Shown: positions 12,601 to 26,200 of the stretch, in pieces
How the letters are laid out: each line of letters begins with the position of its first letter
Numbering within the stretch: position 1 is the stretch's first letter
Assembly (NCBI GenBank): GCA_047967505.1
Contig: CM106538.1
Length of the DNA: 64,000 nucleotides
DNA from: Dipteris shenzhenensis
Lineage: Eukaryota
Strand: one strand, 5' to 3'
Notes under the pieces: generated by a model
Seen by the model: the letters and a program-made list of their open reading frames with translations, nothing else
Database searches by the model: none
What the model was told of the DNA's origin: nothing
Program-made: the position numbers and the translations under genes

Positions 12601-13739
12601 ACATGTCTCACATGTTTCAAAACAAATGCAGACCCATTTGCAAAAGAAAACTTTATGTCACCTGCTCCCACTATGTCACATGCATAGTCATTTCCAAGAT
12701 GCACACAACCTGTCTTTCCACTATCATAAGTGGAGAACCATTCCCTATGGGGAGTAACATGGAATGAAGCACCAGAATCCAAAATCCAATCCTGGGAATA
12801 TGCATCATCTGAAGTGGTAAGCAACTCTGCAGATAAACTAGACATGAAGAGAACATCATTGTCACTATCACGTGTGACTGCATTGATTTCCTCGATCTTC
12901 ACTTTTCCTTTGTCCTCCCTTGGACTCTCTTCCTTTTGATTTGCACCCCAATTTGCATTCTTTTTCTTATCCTTTTGCTCTCTTTTCAGCTTGTAGCAAT
13001 CCTTTTTCATATGGCCCTTCTTGCCACAATGGTAACACTCAATGTTCCGTGCCCTGGATTTGCTACGAGACTTCCCTCTTTCTTGGGACTTCCCCCTGAA
13101 CTGTGATCTGCCCCTTTGCACATTTAAGGCTGCATCCTGCTTGTTGCCATCCATAGACTTCCGTCTAATCTCCTCGGCCAACAAGCTACCCACAACATCA
13201 TCAAATTTCAGTACTCCACCAGGTGCAGAGTTACTGACAGCTGTACGGAAGGTATCCCATGAGGATGGCAATGAACATAAGAGAAATATTGCCTTAGTCT
13301 CCGCATCAAAATTCATTTTCTGAGCCTGAAGCTGGCTGAAAATAATATTGAATTCATTCAAGTGAGAAGCAATGGAGACCCCTTCCTTCATCTGCAGCTC
13401 AAACAACCTCTTCATGAGGTAAACTTTATTAGAGGCAGTTTCCTTTTCATAAGTGGCACACAATTTCTTTCACAAATCTTCCGTAGTCTGCTCATTTACT
13501 ACTGTGAAATAAACTGACTCTGCAAGATGAAGTCTAATAGTAGACTTTGCTAATGCATCCAACTCATTCCAATCATCCTCAGACATATTTGCAGGCTTAG
13601 CTTCAATCCCTGCCAAGGGTTTAATTTGCTTCTTTTGAATAAGCACATCCCTTATCTGTTCTTTCCACAAAGAAAAGTTTGTCCCATCAAACTTTCTAAT
13701 GCTGAAAAACTCCTTTTCAGACGTGGAAGAGGATGCCAT
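9675..13739 (-). pseudogene. Copia Gag-Pol polyprotein with one in-frame stop (TGA at 13472-13470)
   Basis: KFDGTNF..WK gag start, zinc knuckle CYHCGKKGHMKKDC, protease WILDSGAS, GAG-pre-integrase WHCRLGH..CEHC, integrase HSDVCGP/TDNGGEY/AEKMN, RT LYVDDM, RNase H YTDSDYAG/KHIEVRYHF/ADLLTK. ORFs 13470-13763 and 9675-13463 are in the same frame. Confidence 0.95.
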
Positions 13740-15166
13740 GATGCAAATAAAGCAAAATCCCAAATGCTAGTACCTACAAGAGAGAATCACACCAAATACC
13801 AAGTGCACCCAAATGTGTATGCCACAATAGAGTGAAATATCACCAAAATTCAAAGCTCAAAGCATCAAAAGATGCATCTGACTCATGTGCATATACTATG
13901 CATCCATATGAGCAAATCTGGCCCAAAAGAAAATGCCAATAAGTGCCAAATGACTCTAGCATAAACACTGTCCACTGGCATATGCATCAATAATGTCTCA
14001 TCCAAGAGAGCATAGCACTATCAGTGCATCACCTGCAATGTTTCAAAGTTGTCCCTCAGCTTAAAATAGCATCCATGTGCAAAGCGTCCATAAAAAATAG
14101 CATCCCACAAGGCAATTTGGGCCTATCAGCGCATCCAACAAGGACCGCAATGCATCCAAATGGCCTATAAATCATCCATTGCAACCCAATGCATACCACA
14201 AATGAGCGCACACTGCTCAAACCTGCAACCAGAGTGATCTGCATAAGGTATGCTCAAGAAATCATAGTCCCACGGTAATGAGCGCTATTGAAAATAGAAC
14301 CTGAGATGCTTCAAAACATGGGCGCCATTGCATAATCGGACTCACCAAGAAAATCTGCAAATATCTCTCTTCTGCCAGAACTCCAAAATCCCAACCGATG
14401 AATGAGAAATGGGAGTCAACACTTATCCACTGCCATGTGGCATAAATCTAAGGTTTCAAAACCTTAGCATGAAAAATGCATAACAGAGAGACGAAATCAA
14501 ATACACAGAGATTTATAACTCTGAAAATCCTCCACCGAATCACGCAAGAACTGATAGGTAGGGGTTTTTGGGCGTCCGAAACGCAATGGGACAGACGGTT
14601 TTGGAAACCGTGGCCTCAATCATTGGGTCCAACACACGGACTGAAAAACGTTTTTGGAAACAGAGCTATCTGTAAACTCCACCGGAGTGCGAATGATGAG
14701 CAACATAGAAGTTTTAGGACCTCCTGAGTCCACCGGAACTGACAGATCTGCAAATGGTTGCTCCAAACTTGAGTTCCAACACCCGGGCAAAAAACGCAGG
14801 AATTGACACATTGAGTCAGAAATCCAGTGAAATGATCTCAGATTCAAGAATGAAGGTGTTTCCAAGCTCTTGAAGTAATGTGGACACCAAAAGCAAGCAA
14901 TAGTTGCCTCCACAAGTCAATACGGAGTCTTTGTCATCGAACGGAACAGGGAAAAGCTCAAAAAACGACTTTTTCTTTGAAAGCTCTTAACAGGCTCTCA
15001 AAACCACTTCGTAAAGCCAAAGTGACTTTTCCAAAGGTTCCTCCAAGGTCTCTGCACACTCGGATGCAAGTAAAGTCGCCCACAAAGCTTCCCACAGAGC
15101 TTCTCCTTCCTCCCACAGAGCTGCTGAGCTTCAAAGCATTCATGCACGCTCAGCTAGATCACCCGA

Positions 15167-15178
15167 GCTCTGATACCA
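15167..15178 (-). promoter_or_regulatory. Primer-binding site complementary to tRNA-iMet
   Basis: GCTCTGATACCA on + strand, 2 nt from the 5' LTR. Confidence 0.9.
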
Positions 15179-17174
15179 GTTGAGAGTGCTCTCAGCGGAA
15201 GCAAGAATGGAAGAAGGAGAGAGAGCGAGAGAGAGAGATAGAGAGCCACACAAGTTTTGGTGGGTGCAGAACCACCCTAATCTTCTTTTTCATTCATTTA
15301 TATGTGTGTTTGAGTATTGTACATAACCGGGGTTAAGGCACAGTGACCTTTAACCCCCACACTATCCCCATAGTCGTAAGTTGTATTCATGAAACTACGA
15401 ATATCAACAATATCCTTTAAGCTCACATCCATCATAATCAATGGATCTATGACCTCTTAAACTATCATTTAAAGACTTTTATAACATGGCTATCCCCATT
15501 GCTATAATTTGTACGAAAACACGAATATCAACAAATTATGTCCTTTGAGATCACATCCATCCTAATTATCTATTTCAATTCCCATTGCATCATTGTCATC
15601 AGAAGAGAATGCTGATTTAAAATTTCTTGGATTACAAGAACTTTTCATTTTATACTTCTATTGTTTAATATGTTTTTATAGCCAATTCTCCCTTCCTTAA
15701 TTGGCATCTTAGATGCACAAGGTGGTAGGGGGTGTCTTTGATGCTAATATCACTCAATGGGGTGCGGCATCCTTATCTCTATTTTTTATAATCAAAACTA
15801 TCCAAAACAAAGACCTAAAATTGGAGGGTGCAATTCTCATAGCTCATAGCTCTATTCAATACGACGTCTCCACCAGCAATAGAAATGGCACATCAAAAGA
15901 ATTTTGAAAGAGACAGAATCTTATTAGATTTCGGTGGCAGACCTTCACCCTATCAAAGGGTTACCACACACCAAGGTGTGGTGTGAGGGTTGACACATGT
16001 CAACCCCTATCTACGATGTGGCAAACCTTATCTACCACATCACCTAGGGTTACCTAACCCTGGGTAGACCTAATCACACCTCGTGCCACATCAACAGTGG
16101 TCACACAACTGCCATGCCATCTGATATGCCATGTCAGCATCCATGTGGCACATGCCACATCATCTGCATGACATGTGTCCATCCACATCATCACTGCCAC
16201 GTGGTAGCACTCTTGCCCCCTGGTAGTCCCCTGATAGGCACTCTTACCCCCTGGAAAGCACACACAGTCCACTGCATGTGAACACAGGTGCCACCTCACA
16301 TAGTGCTCCACAAACACTATCCCTTCATAGGCACAGTTCTTCATTTTTGCATGTGACTCCACTTGTCACATCATCAATGTGCATTTTTACTCTTTTTTGC
16401 CCCTCTACCTAGATAAGTCATATCTCTTGTTCTAGGAGGAATTTGAGGGTGCTACAAAAAAAATAAAACAATCGATTTTTTGTGCTCTACGCGCTCGTCA
16501 CATCATGTATATTTTAGCGCAAGTATCACTCACTTTTGAGCCTCACCAACAAATTCAATTCCTACATGCACATGAGCCTCTACATCGATGCATTTGACCC
16601 ATCACATAAAATGAATCAAAGAAAAGAAATTATTTGTTGTTCTTTCATCGATCGACGGCTGGTATAGATCTAGATCAGACTAGATTGCCATAGAGAAGAC
16701 ACTTTGAATTTCTCCAAGTTGCCAATCTAAGCCATGCCCGAAATTCCTGACTAGTTCCTACTCAGAGTCAGCAGTCCCTATGCTCACATATGGTTTGACA
16801 TCATCAGATTACCTGAAACCTAACATTCATCAGTTCAGTGAATAGACTTCAGAGTGTTTAGAGGCATTTTTGATTGATCAGTGGGCAGATAGCACATGAT
16901 TTGATTTCACACACACATGCCATCATTGTAAAGCCTATTTGGCTATTTCACAGCATTGAGCACATCATTTCAGTCTTGTAACGCCTTGGCTATTCTTGGC
17001 ATCATTTTCCACAAGCCTTGTAATTCAGATAGGATTATATATATTGTAGTTCTACCTTCACCGACAGTTCAAATTTCACTTGCCACAGTCAGCGTTTTTG
17101 AAGTTGATTCAGACAGTGTTTTTCACGACACTTTGAGTACATTTCTTGCACCATATCTATTACTAGCAACCTAA

Positions 17175-17500
17175 ATCCAGAGGCATCTGCTAAGTTAGAC
17201 AACTCCAATTATGGCACATGGAAATACCAAATGGAGACGATTCTTGTACTTTAGGACAAATGGGAGTATGTCAATGGATCTACACCTAGACCATTGGACG
17301 ATCCAGCCAGCAATAGCTCTACTCCACCTGTTGTCACAGCACCAGCAGAGTGGAATCTCCAGCTACACCAGTATTTTTTGCACCTATAGCTGATCTTGCC
17401 ATTGCCCGAGCACAGGCAAAATGGCATAAGCAAGATAAGTATACATATCATTTGATCAAGTAGAATGTGCAAGATGTCATGCTAGGACAACTCTTCTATA
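17175..17500 (+). pseudogene. N-terminal gag fragment of a different copia element
   Basis: Translation from 17183: ASAKLDNSNYGTWKYQMETILVL*DKWEYVNGSTPRP, then (frameshifted) AKWHKQDKYTYHLIK*NVQDVML; typical copia gag N-terminus. Confidence 0.7.
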
Positions 17501-20500
17501 ATGGCATCTGATTCTCTTTCACAGATTGTCACTGAAAAGCTTGACAAGAACAACTTCTAGGCATGGAAGTTTAGAATGACAAATTTCCTTATGGGAAAAG
17601 GCTATCGGGAGTTCATTACAGGAAATGAAGAAGAACCTGTTCTTCCTAATGTTCCCAATCAATAGGAAATGCAGGCATTTAAAGGATGGCCTGAGAGAGC
17701 CAGGAAAGTTATGTACTGGCTGTCTATCAGTATTTCAGACTCTATGATTGTGCATATTCAGGATGCAAGTACGCCAAAGGAGGCATGGGATACTTTGGCA
17801 AAAATGTACAGCACAAATACGCAAGCCAGGAAAATCCAGCTCAAACAGGAGTTGCACAATGTGCAGAGAGAAAATTGGAGCATAAATGACTACCACATGA
17901 AGGTGAAGAAAATTGCAGATGCACTTGCTTCCATTGGGTCGCCAGTGGAAGATGATGATCTAGTTTCTATGACCTTGAATGGTCTAGGAAAGGATTATGC
18001 ATAGTTCCAGACATCCATTGCCGTCCGTGAAAAATTTCCTGATTTTGAAGAGTTGTTTGCTCTTCTAATTTCTGAAGAGCAGAGAAATGGGGGTGCATCT
18101 TCTTCAGGAGGAACTTCAAAAGAAACTATCTTCTACTCAAATGCTGGAAGAGGTAGAGGCAGAGGTAGAGGAGGCCGATCTACAGGCTGTGGTAGAAATT
18201 AGAATATGCAGCAAACTCAAGAAAACTAGTCCTATGCAGGAGGACGTGGTAACTCTAGAGGCAGGGGGAGCCAAAGAGGCATTGGTGGATGGCAGAGAGG
18301 CCAAAACGCAAACAACAATGTTGAATGCTACTATTGTGGCAAAATGGGTCATATGGCTAAGGACTGCTACAAAAAGCAGAATGACATTATGAATGGAAAA
18401 TTGCAGCAAGGCAATTATGCATCTTCCAGTAGACAGGGTGATGACAGAAATGAGCATCTATTTATGGTGCAACATATGACCGATTCTGTGACAAGTGCAG
18501 AAGAATGAAATGGTGTGAGGTATGTTGACTCAAGTGCATCAAACCACATGATAGGTCATGCAGAATGGATGCAGGATCCAAGGAAAATGGAAAAGCCAGG
18601 ATTTGTGGAGACTGGTGATGATACTGCACATCCTATTGTGCAAATTGGTAAAATTCCTTTGTCTATGCAGGATGGGAAAAAGAAATACCTGTCCGATGTA
18701 TTTCATGTCCCGAACATCACCAAGAACTGGTTTCTATTGGTCAAATGGTTGAGCAGGGCTTGCAGGTCAGATTTAATCCTCATGGATGCTTTGTTGAGGA
18801 TATGAAAAATAACGGTCACTTGATAGCAAAAGGAAAGAAGAAGGGCAGGATGTTTACGTTGGATGCGGACATGCCTGAATTGAGTGCAACAATGTTTGCA
18901 CATGGGACCGGTGTAGTTGCAGATCTTGATATCTGGCACAAACGCATTGGTCATGTTAATATACAGCGACTTAAATCAATGCAAGCCCAAAATATTGTTG
19001 TAGGATTGCCTAAATTCAAGGTTGCAGAAATGCACAAGGTTTGTGAAGCCTGTCAATTTGGGAAACAGGTAAGGAAACCTTTTCCTAGGCATGTTCAAGA
19101 GAGTAAAAAGCCATTGGAATTAATCCAGTCTGATGTCTGGACTACTAAAGCTGCATCTATTGGAGGCTGTCACTATTTTGTCACATTTATTGATGACTTC
19201 AGCAGAAAACTTTGGGTGTATTTTATGAAAAAGAAAAGTGAAGTGTTTGGGCACTTCAAAGCTTTTAAAGCTATGGTTGAAAAAGAAACAGGCCTGCAAA
19301 TAAAATGCCTAAGGTTAGATGGAGGGGGAGAGTACCTCTCAAATGAGTTTGCAAGGTTCTTGTAGGAGCATGGTATAAAGTAGCAATATTCATGCAGTCA
19401 TACCCTGGCACAGCAAAATGGAATTGCAGAAAGGAAAAACAGGCATATTGGAGAGGTATCTCGGGCCATGCTAAATGAAAAAGATCTACCAGATTATTAT
19501 TGGGCTTATTATTGGGCTGAAGCAGTTGCTACAGTAGTTTATATAATGAACAGGACTCCCACTGCAGCAATACATGGCATGACGCCAGAGGAGATGTATA
19601 CTGGTAGGAAACCAGACATTTCTCATTTGAAAATTTTTGGTTGCATTTCCTATGTTCATGTGCCAGATGAGTTGAGATCCAAGTTGGATTCAAAAGCTGA
19701 GAAGTGCGTCTTTATTGGTTATTCTCTGCAAGCAGAAAGGGTACAGATGCTATAACCCTTCTACACGTAAGTTCACAGTGAGCAGAGATGTTGTTTTTTA
19801 TGAGATGAGCAGCTGGTATAAACCAATAAATGTAATGATTGATGTAGATGCACAAAATGGTAATGCTGCACAGAATTCATAACAACAATCACAAAATATT
19901 AGTGGACCTGGAGTGTCCTCTAGCAGTGGTTCACATACTTCGCCATGGACAGGCAGATTGAGATCAGGAGAATCTCCTCAAAGCAATGCAGAGAGTGGTA
20001 TGCAGGTATCACGAAAATGAAAAGAGAAGGTAGATCAGCCCATGTTTGATGTGAATGTAGGTCACTCTTATGTGGATGGTGAATCCAGTGGCTCAGAACA
20101 GAGCATTGATGATGAGTTGGGTATTCCTTCTGTTGTTACACCTGGAGTAAGGAAGACCAGGGATGTTTTGAGAGCACCTAGAAGTGAGCCTATTTCGTGC
20201 AGGTCTACCAGGGTTAGGTATCCTGTGGATAGGCTGAAATATGATGGATTTACAGCCATTCACTATGCCTATATGGTCAAAGTGATACAGGAACCAGAAC
20301 CCACTTCTTTTGAGCAAGCCATGGGAAATGAAAAATGGGAGAAAGCCATGGATGAAGAAATGGATGCCTTCGAAGCAAATGCTACATGGGAATTGGTGCC
20401 TTTGCCTAAAGACAAGAATGCAATTGGCTGTAAGTGGGTTTATAAGATCAAGCACAATGCAAATGGTTCTGTGAATAGATACAAGGCAAGATTAGTTGTC

Positions 20501-22088
20501 AAGGGGTATGCACAGACATATGGCATTGATTATGAAGAAACTTTCAGCCCGGCGGTTGCAAGGATGGCAACCGTAAGAGCAGCCATTGCTATGGCTACAT
20601 CAAAGGGATGGTCTTTACATCAGATGGATGTAAAGAATGCCTTCTTGCACGGTGATTTGCAAGAAGAGGTCTTTATGGAGCAGCCAGCAGGTTATGTTCA
20701 TGCTATTCATCCTGAGTTTGTTTGCAGGTTGAAGAAAGCCTTGTATGGCTTGAAGCAAGCACCTAGAGCATGGTCTGACAAGATAGGACAATATCTTGTC
20801 ACTATTGGCTTTCAGATTTCCAAGGCAGATTTCTCACTCTATGTGAGAAAAACAAAGAAAGGGATTATGCTGCTTGTCATTTATGTTGATGATTTGATCA
20901 TCACAGGTGATAGTGATGAAGATATCCTTCATGTGAAAATGCTATTGAGGCAAAAGTTTGAGATGAAGGATTTGGGAGAGCTGCGTTATTTCTTGGGCAT
21001 TGAGGTGATTAGATCACCAAGTGGGATACAGCTCTTGGAGAGGCAGTATGGATTGGACATGCTGTCCAAATATGGGATGACAGGTTGTAAGCCTATTTCA
21101 GTTCCTTTAGAGCAGAATGTGAAGTTGAGCACAGATGCAGGTGAGCTTTTGGAAGACCCTACTATGTACATACGCATAGTAGGAAGTTTGATTTATATGA
21201 CTATTACCAGGCCAGATCTAAGCTATGCTGTTGGATTGGTAAGTTAGTTTATGCAGGCTCTAAGGAAACCGCATTTGGATGTGGCTAGACGCATACTCAG
21301 GTATGTGAAGTCCACATTGCAGTATGGACTATTTTATGAGGCTGGGGTTTAGATACAGTTGCATGGATACACTGATGCTGATTGGGCTGGTAGTATTTCT
21401 GATAGACGATCTACCAGTGGATATGTGTTCTCTTTTGGGAGTGCTATAGTCACTTGGAGCAGTAAGAAACAGACTACAGTTGCCTTGTCGAGCACAGAGG
21501 CTGAGTACAGGGGTGCAGCAATGGCTACATGTGAGGTAGCTTGGTTGCATAAGCTACTCTATGATATGCATCGGTCTACAGATGGGCCAGTTGTCATTTA
21601 TTGTGACAACATGAGCAGCATACACTTGGCAAATAACCCAGTCTATCATGCTAGAATAAAGCACATTGAGGTGCATTATCACTATGTGCGGGAGAAGGTT
21701 CTACTAGGTCTTATTGATCTAGTTTATGTCAGCACAGAGGATCAGGTAGCTGACATATTTACGAAAGCATTGGGCACAGAGAAGCTGCGCAAGTTCAGAG
21801 ACCTGCTTGGTGTGCAGGAATTGGGATTGAGCTCGAGGGGGAGTGTTGAGATATCGAGCTCCACTCGCGATATGCCAGGGTGACCGTTGTGCATTTATGT
21901 CACCGACTTGTTAGCTCTACAGATGCGGTTGGTACACCACCCACGAATAATAGCTGGATGACAGCTATCCTTATCTACTCTAGTTTGTGGCTCAGTTAGT
22001 ATGCCACCTTAGTTAGTTGAGTTTGGTTTGAGACCCACATATAGGGTTCTTCTATTTCTTTGTACTTGAGTTCTTTTGGCTTTCAACA
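17501..22088 (+). mobile_element. 5'-truncated, degenerate Ty1/copia element (gag-pol pseudogene 17501-21883, 3' LTR 21844-22088)
   Basis: MASDSLSQIVTEKLDKNNF*AWKFRM gag start, CYYCGKMGHMAKDC knuckle, YVDSSASNHM protease, WHKRIGH..CEAC, DGGGEY integrase, IYVDDL RT, YTDADWAG/ADIFTKAL RNase H, many stops and frameshifts. PPT GAGGGGGAG precedes TGTTGAG at 21844 and the LTR closes at TTTCAACA 22088. No 5' LTR or PBS seen. Confidence 0.92.
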
Positions 22089-22998
22089 ACTAAGAAGAGG
22101 AAAACTATTTTCAGCCTCCACCTTTGTGCGTATTCCCCCATTGTGTATGTGAGAAAGCTCCAAGTGAGACTCCTTCCCTCTCTCCCACTATCTTCACAAA
22201 TGGCTGTTGCTAATCCAAGAGCCACTGTTGGAGCCGAAAGGTGAGTCGAAGGCTTGTAGGAGTGTCGTGAGCTTTGGCTATGGGTGCCCACTCAACGTGT
22301 CTGTTTGATGATACCTTTGTTTCTGCAGGAGGCTGTAGTTTGCTTACATCAAAATGTTCAGAGGAAGATTCATCGCCTTGAAATTCTGAGCAAATTTGCG
22401 CACTGAGTCCATCAAATTGAGGTCAATCTGCAAAACATGCAAGCGCTCTTTTCTCTCACTCAAACAAGGAAGAATTCTCTCACCGGAAGAGATAGAATGA
22501 ATGGAATTCGCTATCACTCAATGAACGGAAATCTTCAACTCTCATGGATAGAATTCTCTCAATCGAAAAACTAAAACTAACCTAGGAGAAAACATGTGCT
22601 CCCTAGGCAAGCCTACAACTAATCTAGGAGACTAGACCTAAGCTCTGATACCATGACAAAGTGGGGATCGTACTAGCCTAATCTATCACTTAATGAGTAT
22701 AAAGATCATGGAGGATCAAACCAAATACGAAAAGCCATGGGGAGAGAGACAGGAAGTATGTAACACTCAATCTTTTCCGATGTGTTATATCAATAATACA
22801 TGATAGGTCTCTTATATAGAGAGTGCCCTTTGAATAGTCAACCATGTGGGATCCTCTCATCCACATCTCTCCTTGTGGATATCCTCAATCCACATCTCCA
22901 CATCATGTAGTCCACATCCTAGGGTGGCTACTTTAATACATTCCTTATCACATACCTTTGCCCTTTAATCTATGTGCTCATGGCACCATATCTCAACA
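22089..22998 (-). mobile_element. 5' LTR (~22654-22998), PBS and start of internal region of an LTR retrotransposon
   Basis: GCTCTGATACCA (PBS) at 22642-22653 abuts TGACAAAG; homology with 1-117. The outer LTR boundary at TCTCAACA 22998 is inferred from the TG...CA terminus only. Confidence 0.75.
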
Positions 22999-23204
22999 CA
23001 ATGGTTGTACAAGCCGATTATAAATACATTTTCCACTTCTCTAAGATAATTAGAATACATTTTCCTTGGTTAATTTCACCCATGCAATGAGAATACATTT
23101 TCTTGTATTGTCTTAGTCATCCGACACTCCAAGAAACCCCATGATGTGCTCATGTGTGTCTAAATCCATTTTGAAGACACTCTTTCCCTTCTTTGTCTAG
23201 GCAT

Positions 23205-26200
23205 ATCTAGCAACTAAAACTAGATGCGGAGTACATGAATGTTTGTGCAAAGTATTGTGTCCATCGGATATGATTTGCATGGTCGATCATGCATTATACA
23301 CCGTTTTCCCCCTAGTGTTATGCACCACCATAAAAAAACATAGTCCTAGGTGTATTATTCGAATAAGAACTTATCGTATGGGCATGAAACTTTGCATGCA
23401 AGTCCATACCATCTAGGTTGAGGTGTGTGCAAAGCATTATTCCCATCACCTATGCTTTGAATGGTCGATCAAGAATTAAACATTGTTTTTGCCTTAGTGT
23501 CATGCACAACCATATAAAAACATGGTCCTAGGTGTGTTATTCCAGCATGTACACTTATTGGATGGCCGTTTCACTTTTCAAGAATGTAAATACCACATAG
23601 ATTGAGGTGCGTGCAAAGTATTATGTCCATCAAATAGGCTTTGCATTATCAATCAAGCATTAAACACTGTTTTTGCCTCAATGCCATGCACAACCATATA
23701 AAAACATGGTCCTAGGTGTGTTATTCCAATAAATACTTATCAGATTGGTGTGCCACTTTGCAAGCATGTAATTACCACCTAGGTTTAGATTCATGCAAAG
23801 TATTGTGACCATAGGATATGATATGCATGGTCGATCATGCATTATACACTGCTTCCCCCTTAGTGTTATGCACCACCATAAAAAAACATAGTCGTAGGTG
23901 TGTTATTCAAACAAGAACTTATTGTATGGGCACACAACTTTGGATGCAAGTCCATACCATCTAGTTGAGGTGCATGCAAATTATTTCGCATATCGCATAT
24001 GCTTTGAATGGTCGATTAAGAATTAAACATCGTTTTTGCCTCAGTGTCAACCACAACCATATAAAAACATGGTCCTAGGTGTGTTATTGCAGCATGTACT
24101 TATCGGATGGGTGATCCACTTTGCAAGCATGTAAATAACACCTAGGTTGAGGTGTGTGCAAAGTATTATGCCCATCAGATAGGCTTTGCATTGTCCCATC
24201 AAGCATTAAACACTATTTTTGCCTCAATGTCATGCACAACCATATAAAAACATGGTCCTAAGTGTGTTATTCCAACAAATACTTATTGGATGGGCATGCC
24301 ACTTTGCAAGCATGTAAATAACACCTAGACTGAGATGTGTGCAAATTATTGTGTCCATTGGATATGATATGCATGGTCGATCATGCATTATACACCATTT
24401 TTCCCCTAGTGTTATGCACCACCATAAAAAAACATAGTCCTAGGTGTGTTATTCGAACAAGAACTTATCATATGGGTGTGCAACTTTGCATGCAAGTCCA
24501 TAACATCTAGGTTGAGGTGCATGAAAAGTATTGTACGCATCGCATATGCTTTGAATGGTTGCTTAAGAATTAAACATTGTTTTTGCCTTAGTGTCATTCA
24601 CAACCATATAAAGACATGGTCCTAGGTGTGTTATTCCAACATGTACTTATTGGATGGATGATCCACTTTGCTAGAATGTAAATACCACCTAGTTTGAGTT
24701 AGGTGCAAAGTATTGTGACCATCGTATAGGATTTACATTGTCAATCAAGCATTGAGCACCATTTTTGCCCCAATGTGATGCACATCCATCAAAAAACGCA
24801 CTCCTAGGTGTGTTATCCGAACAAGTACTTATCGGATGGCCGCACCACTTTGTATGCAACTCAATACCATCTAGTTGGAGATGCATGAAAAGTATTGTGT
24901 CCATAGGATATGATTTGCATGCTCAATCACACATTATACAACATTCTCCTCCTAGTGTTATTCACAACCATCAATAAAAGCGCTCCCAGGTGTGTTATCC
25001 GAACAAGTACTTATGGGATGGGCATGCCACTTTGTATGCATGTCAATATAACTTGCATAGAGACCTGTGCAAAGTATTGAGGCCATCGGATATGGTATGC
25101 ATGGTCAACCAAGCATTAAACTCCGCTTTTGCCTTAGTGTCATGCACAAGTGTCAAAACACACTATCCTAGGTGTGTTATTCCGACAAGTACTTATCAAA
25201 TTGGCGTACCACATTTCATGCAGCTTAATAACACCTATGTTAATGGCATGCAGAGTATTTTTCCCATCGGATATGCTTTTCATGCTCGATCATGCATTAT
25301 ATACTGTTTTTCCCCTAGTGTTATGCACAATCGTCAAAATGCACTCCCAGGTGTGTTATTTGAACAAGTACTTATGGGATGGGTGCACCACTTTGCATGC
25401 AAGTAAATACCACCTAGGTTGAGACACGTGCAAAATATTGTGCCCATTTGACATGCTTTACATGGTCGATTCTCGCATTAAACAGCGTTTTGGTCTCGTT
25501 GTGATGCACATCCGTCAAAAACACATTTCTAGGTGTGTTAACCGAACACCATCGGATATGATTTATATGGTCAACCAAGAATTAAACATCATTTTTGCCT
25601 TAGTGTCATGCACAACCATATAAAAACATGGTCCTAGGTGTGTTATTTTAATAAGTACTTATCAAACGGGCATGCCACTTTGCAATAATGTAAATACCAC
25701 CTAGGTTGAAATGAATACAAATTATTGTGTCCATCGGATATGATTTGCATGGTCGATCACACATTATACACCGTTTTCCCCCTAGTGTTATGCACCACCA
25801 TAAAAAACGTAGTCCTAGGTGTGTTATTCGAACAAGAACTTATCATCTAGGCATGAAACTTTGCACCCAAGTCCATACCATCTAGTTTGAGGTGTGTACA
25901 AAGTATTGTGTCCATCTCATGTGCTTTTAATGGCCGATCAAGAATTAAACATCGCTTTTGCCTTAGTGTCATGCACAACTATATAAAAACATGATCCTAG
26001 GTGTGCTATTCCAACAAGTACTTATCGTATGGGTGCTCTACTTTGAAGCATGTAAATACCACCTAGGTTGAGGTGCATGCAAAGTATTGTGCCCATCGGA
26101 TACGCTTTGAATTGTCAATCAAGCATTAAACACCGTTTCTGCCTCAATGTGATGCATATTCGTCAAAAAACACGCTCCTAGGTGTGTTATCCGAACAAGT

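Larger units (their letters stand above)
9441..15361 (-). mobile_element. Full-length Ty1/copia LTR retrotransposon, very recent insertion
   Basis: 181-bp LTRs 9441-9621 and 15181-15361 (TG...CA, single C/T difference at 9499 vs 15239). TSD CTATC at 9436-9440 and 15362-15366. PBS TGGTATCAGAGC at 15178-15167. PPT next to 9622. Domain order gag-PR-IN-RT-RH. Confidence 0.97.

Noticed and set aside
13470-13472. Programmed stop-codon readthrough in gag
   Set aside because: The stop lies inside the gag core at a usual Trp position rather than at a gag/pol boundary; a G>A mutation is simpler.
15930-16600. GCCACRT-rich segment with small palindromes, possibly a TE end or LTR
   Set aside because: No partner repeat, TIR, TSD or PBS identified within the window.
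1-22998. LTRs at 1-117 and 22654-22998 as two ends of one element
   Set aside because: They are inverted relative to each other, so they are separate insertions of one family.
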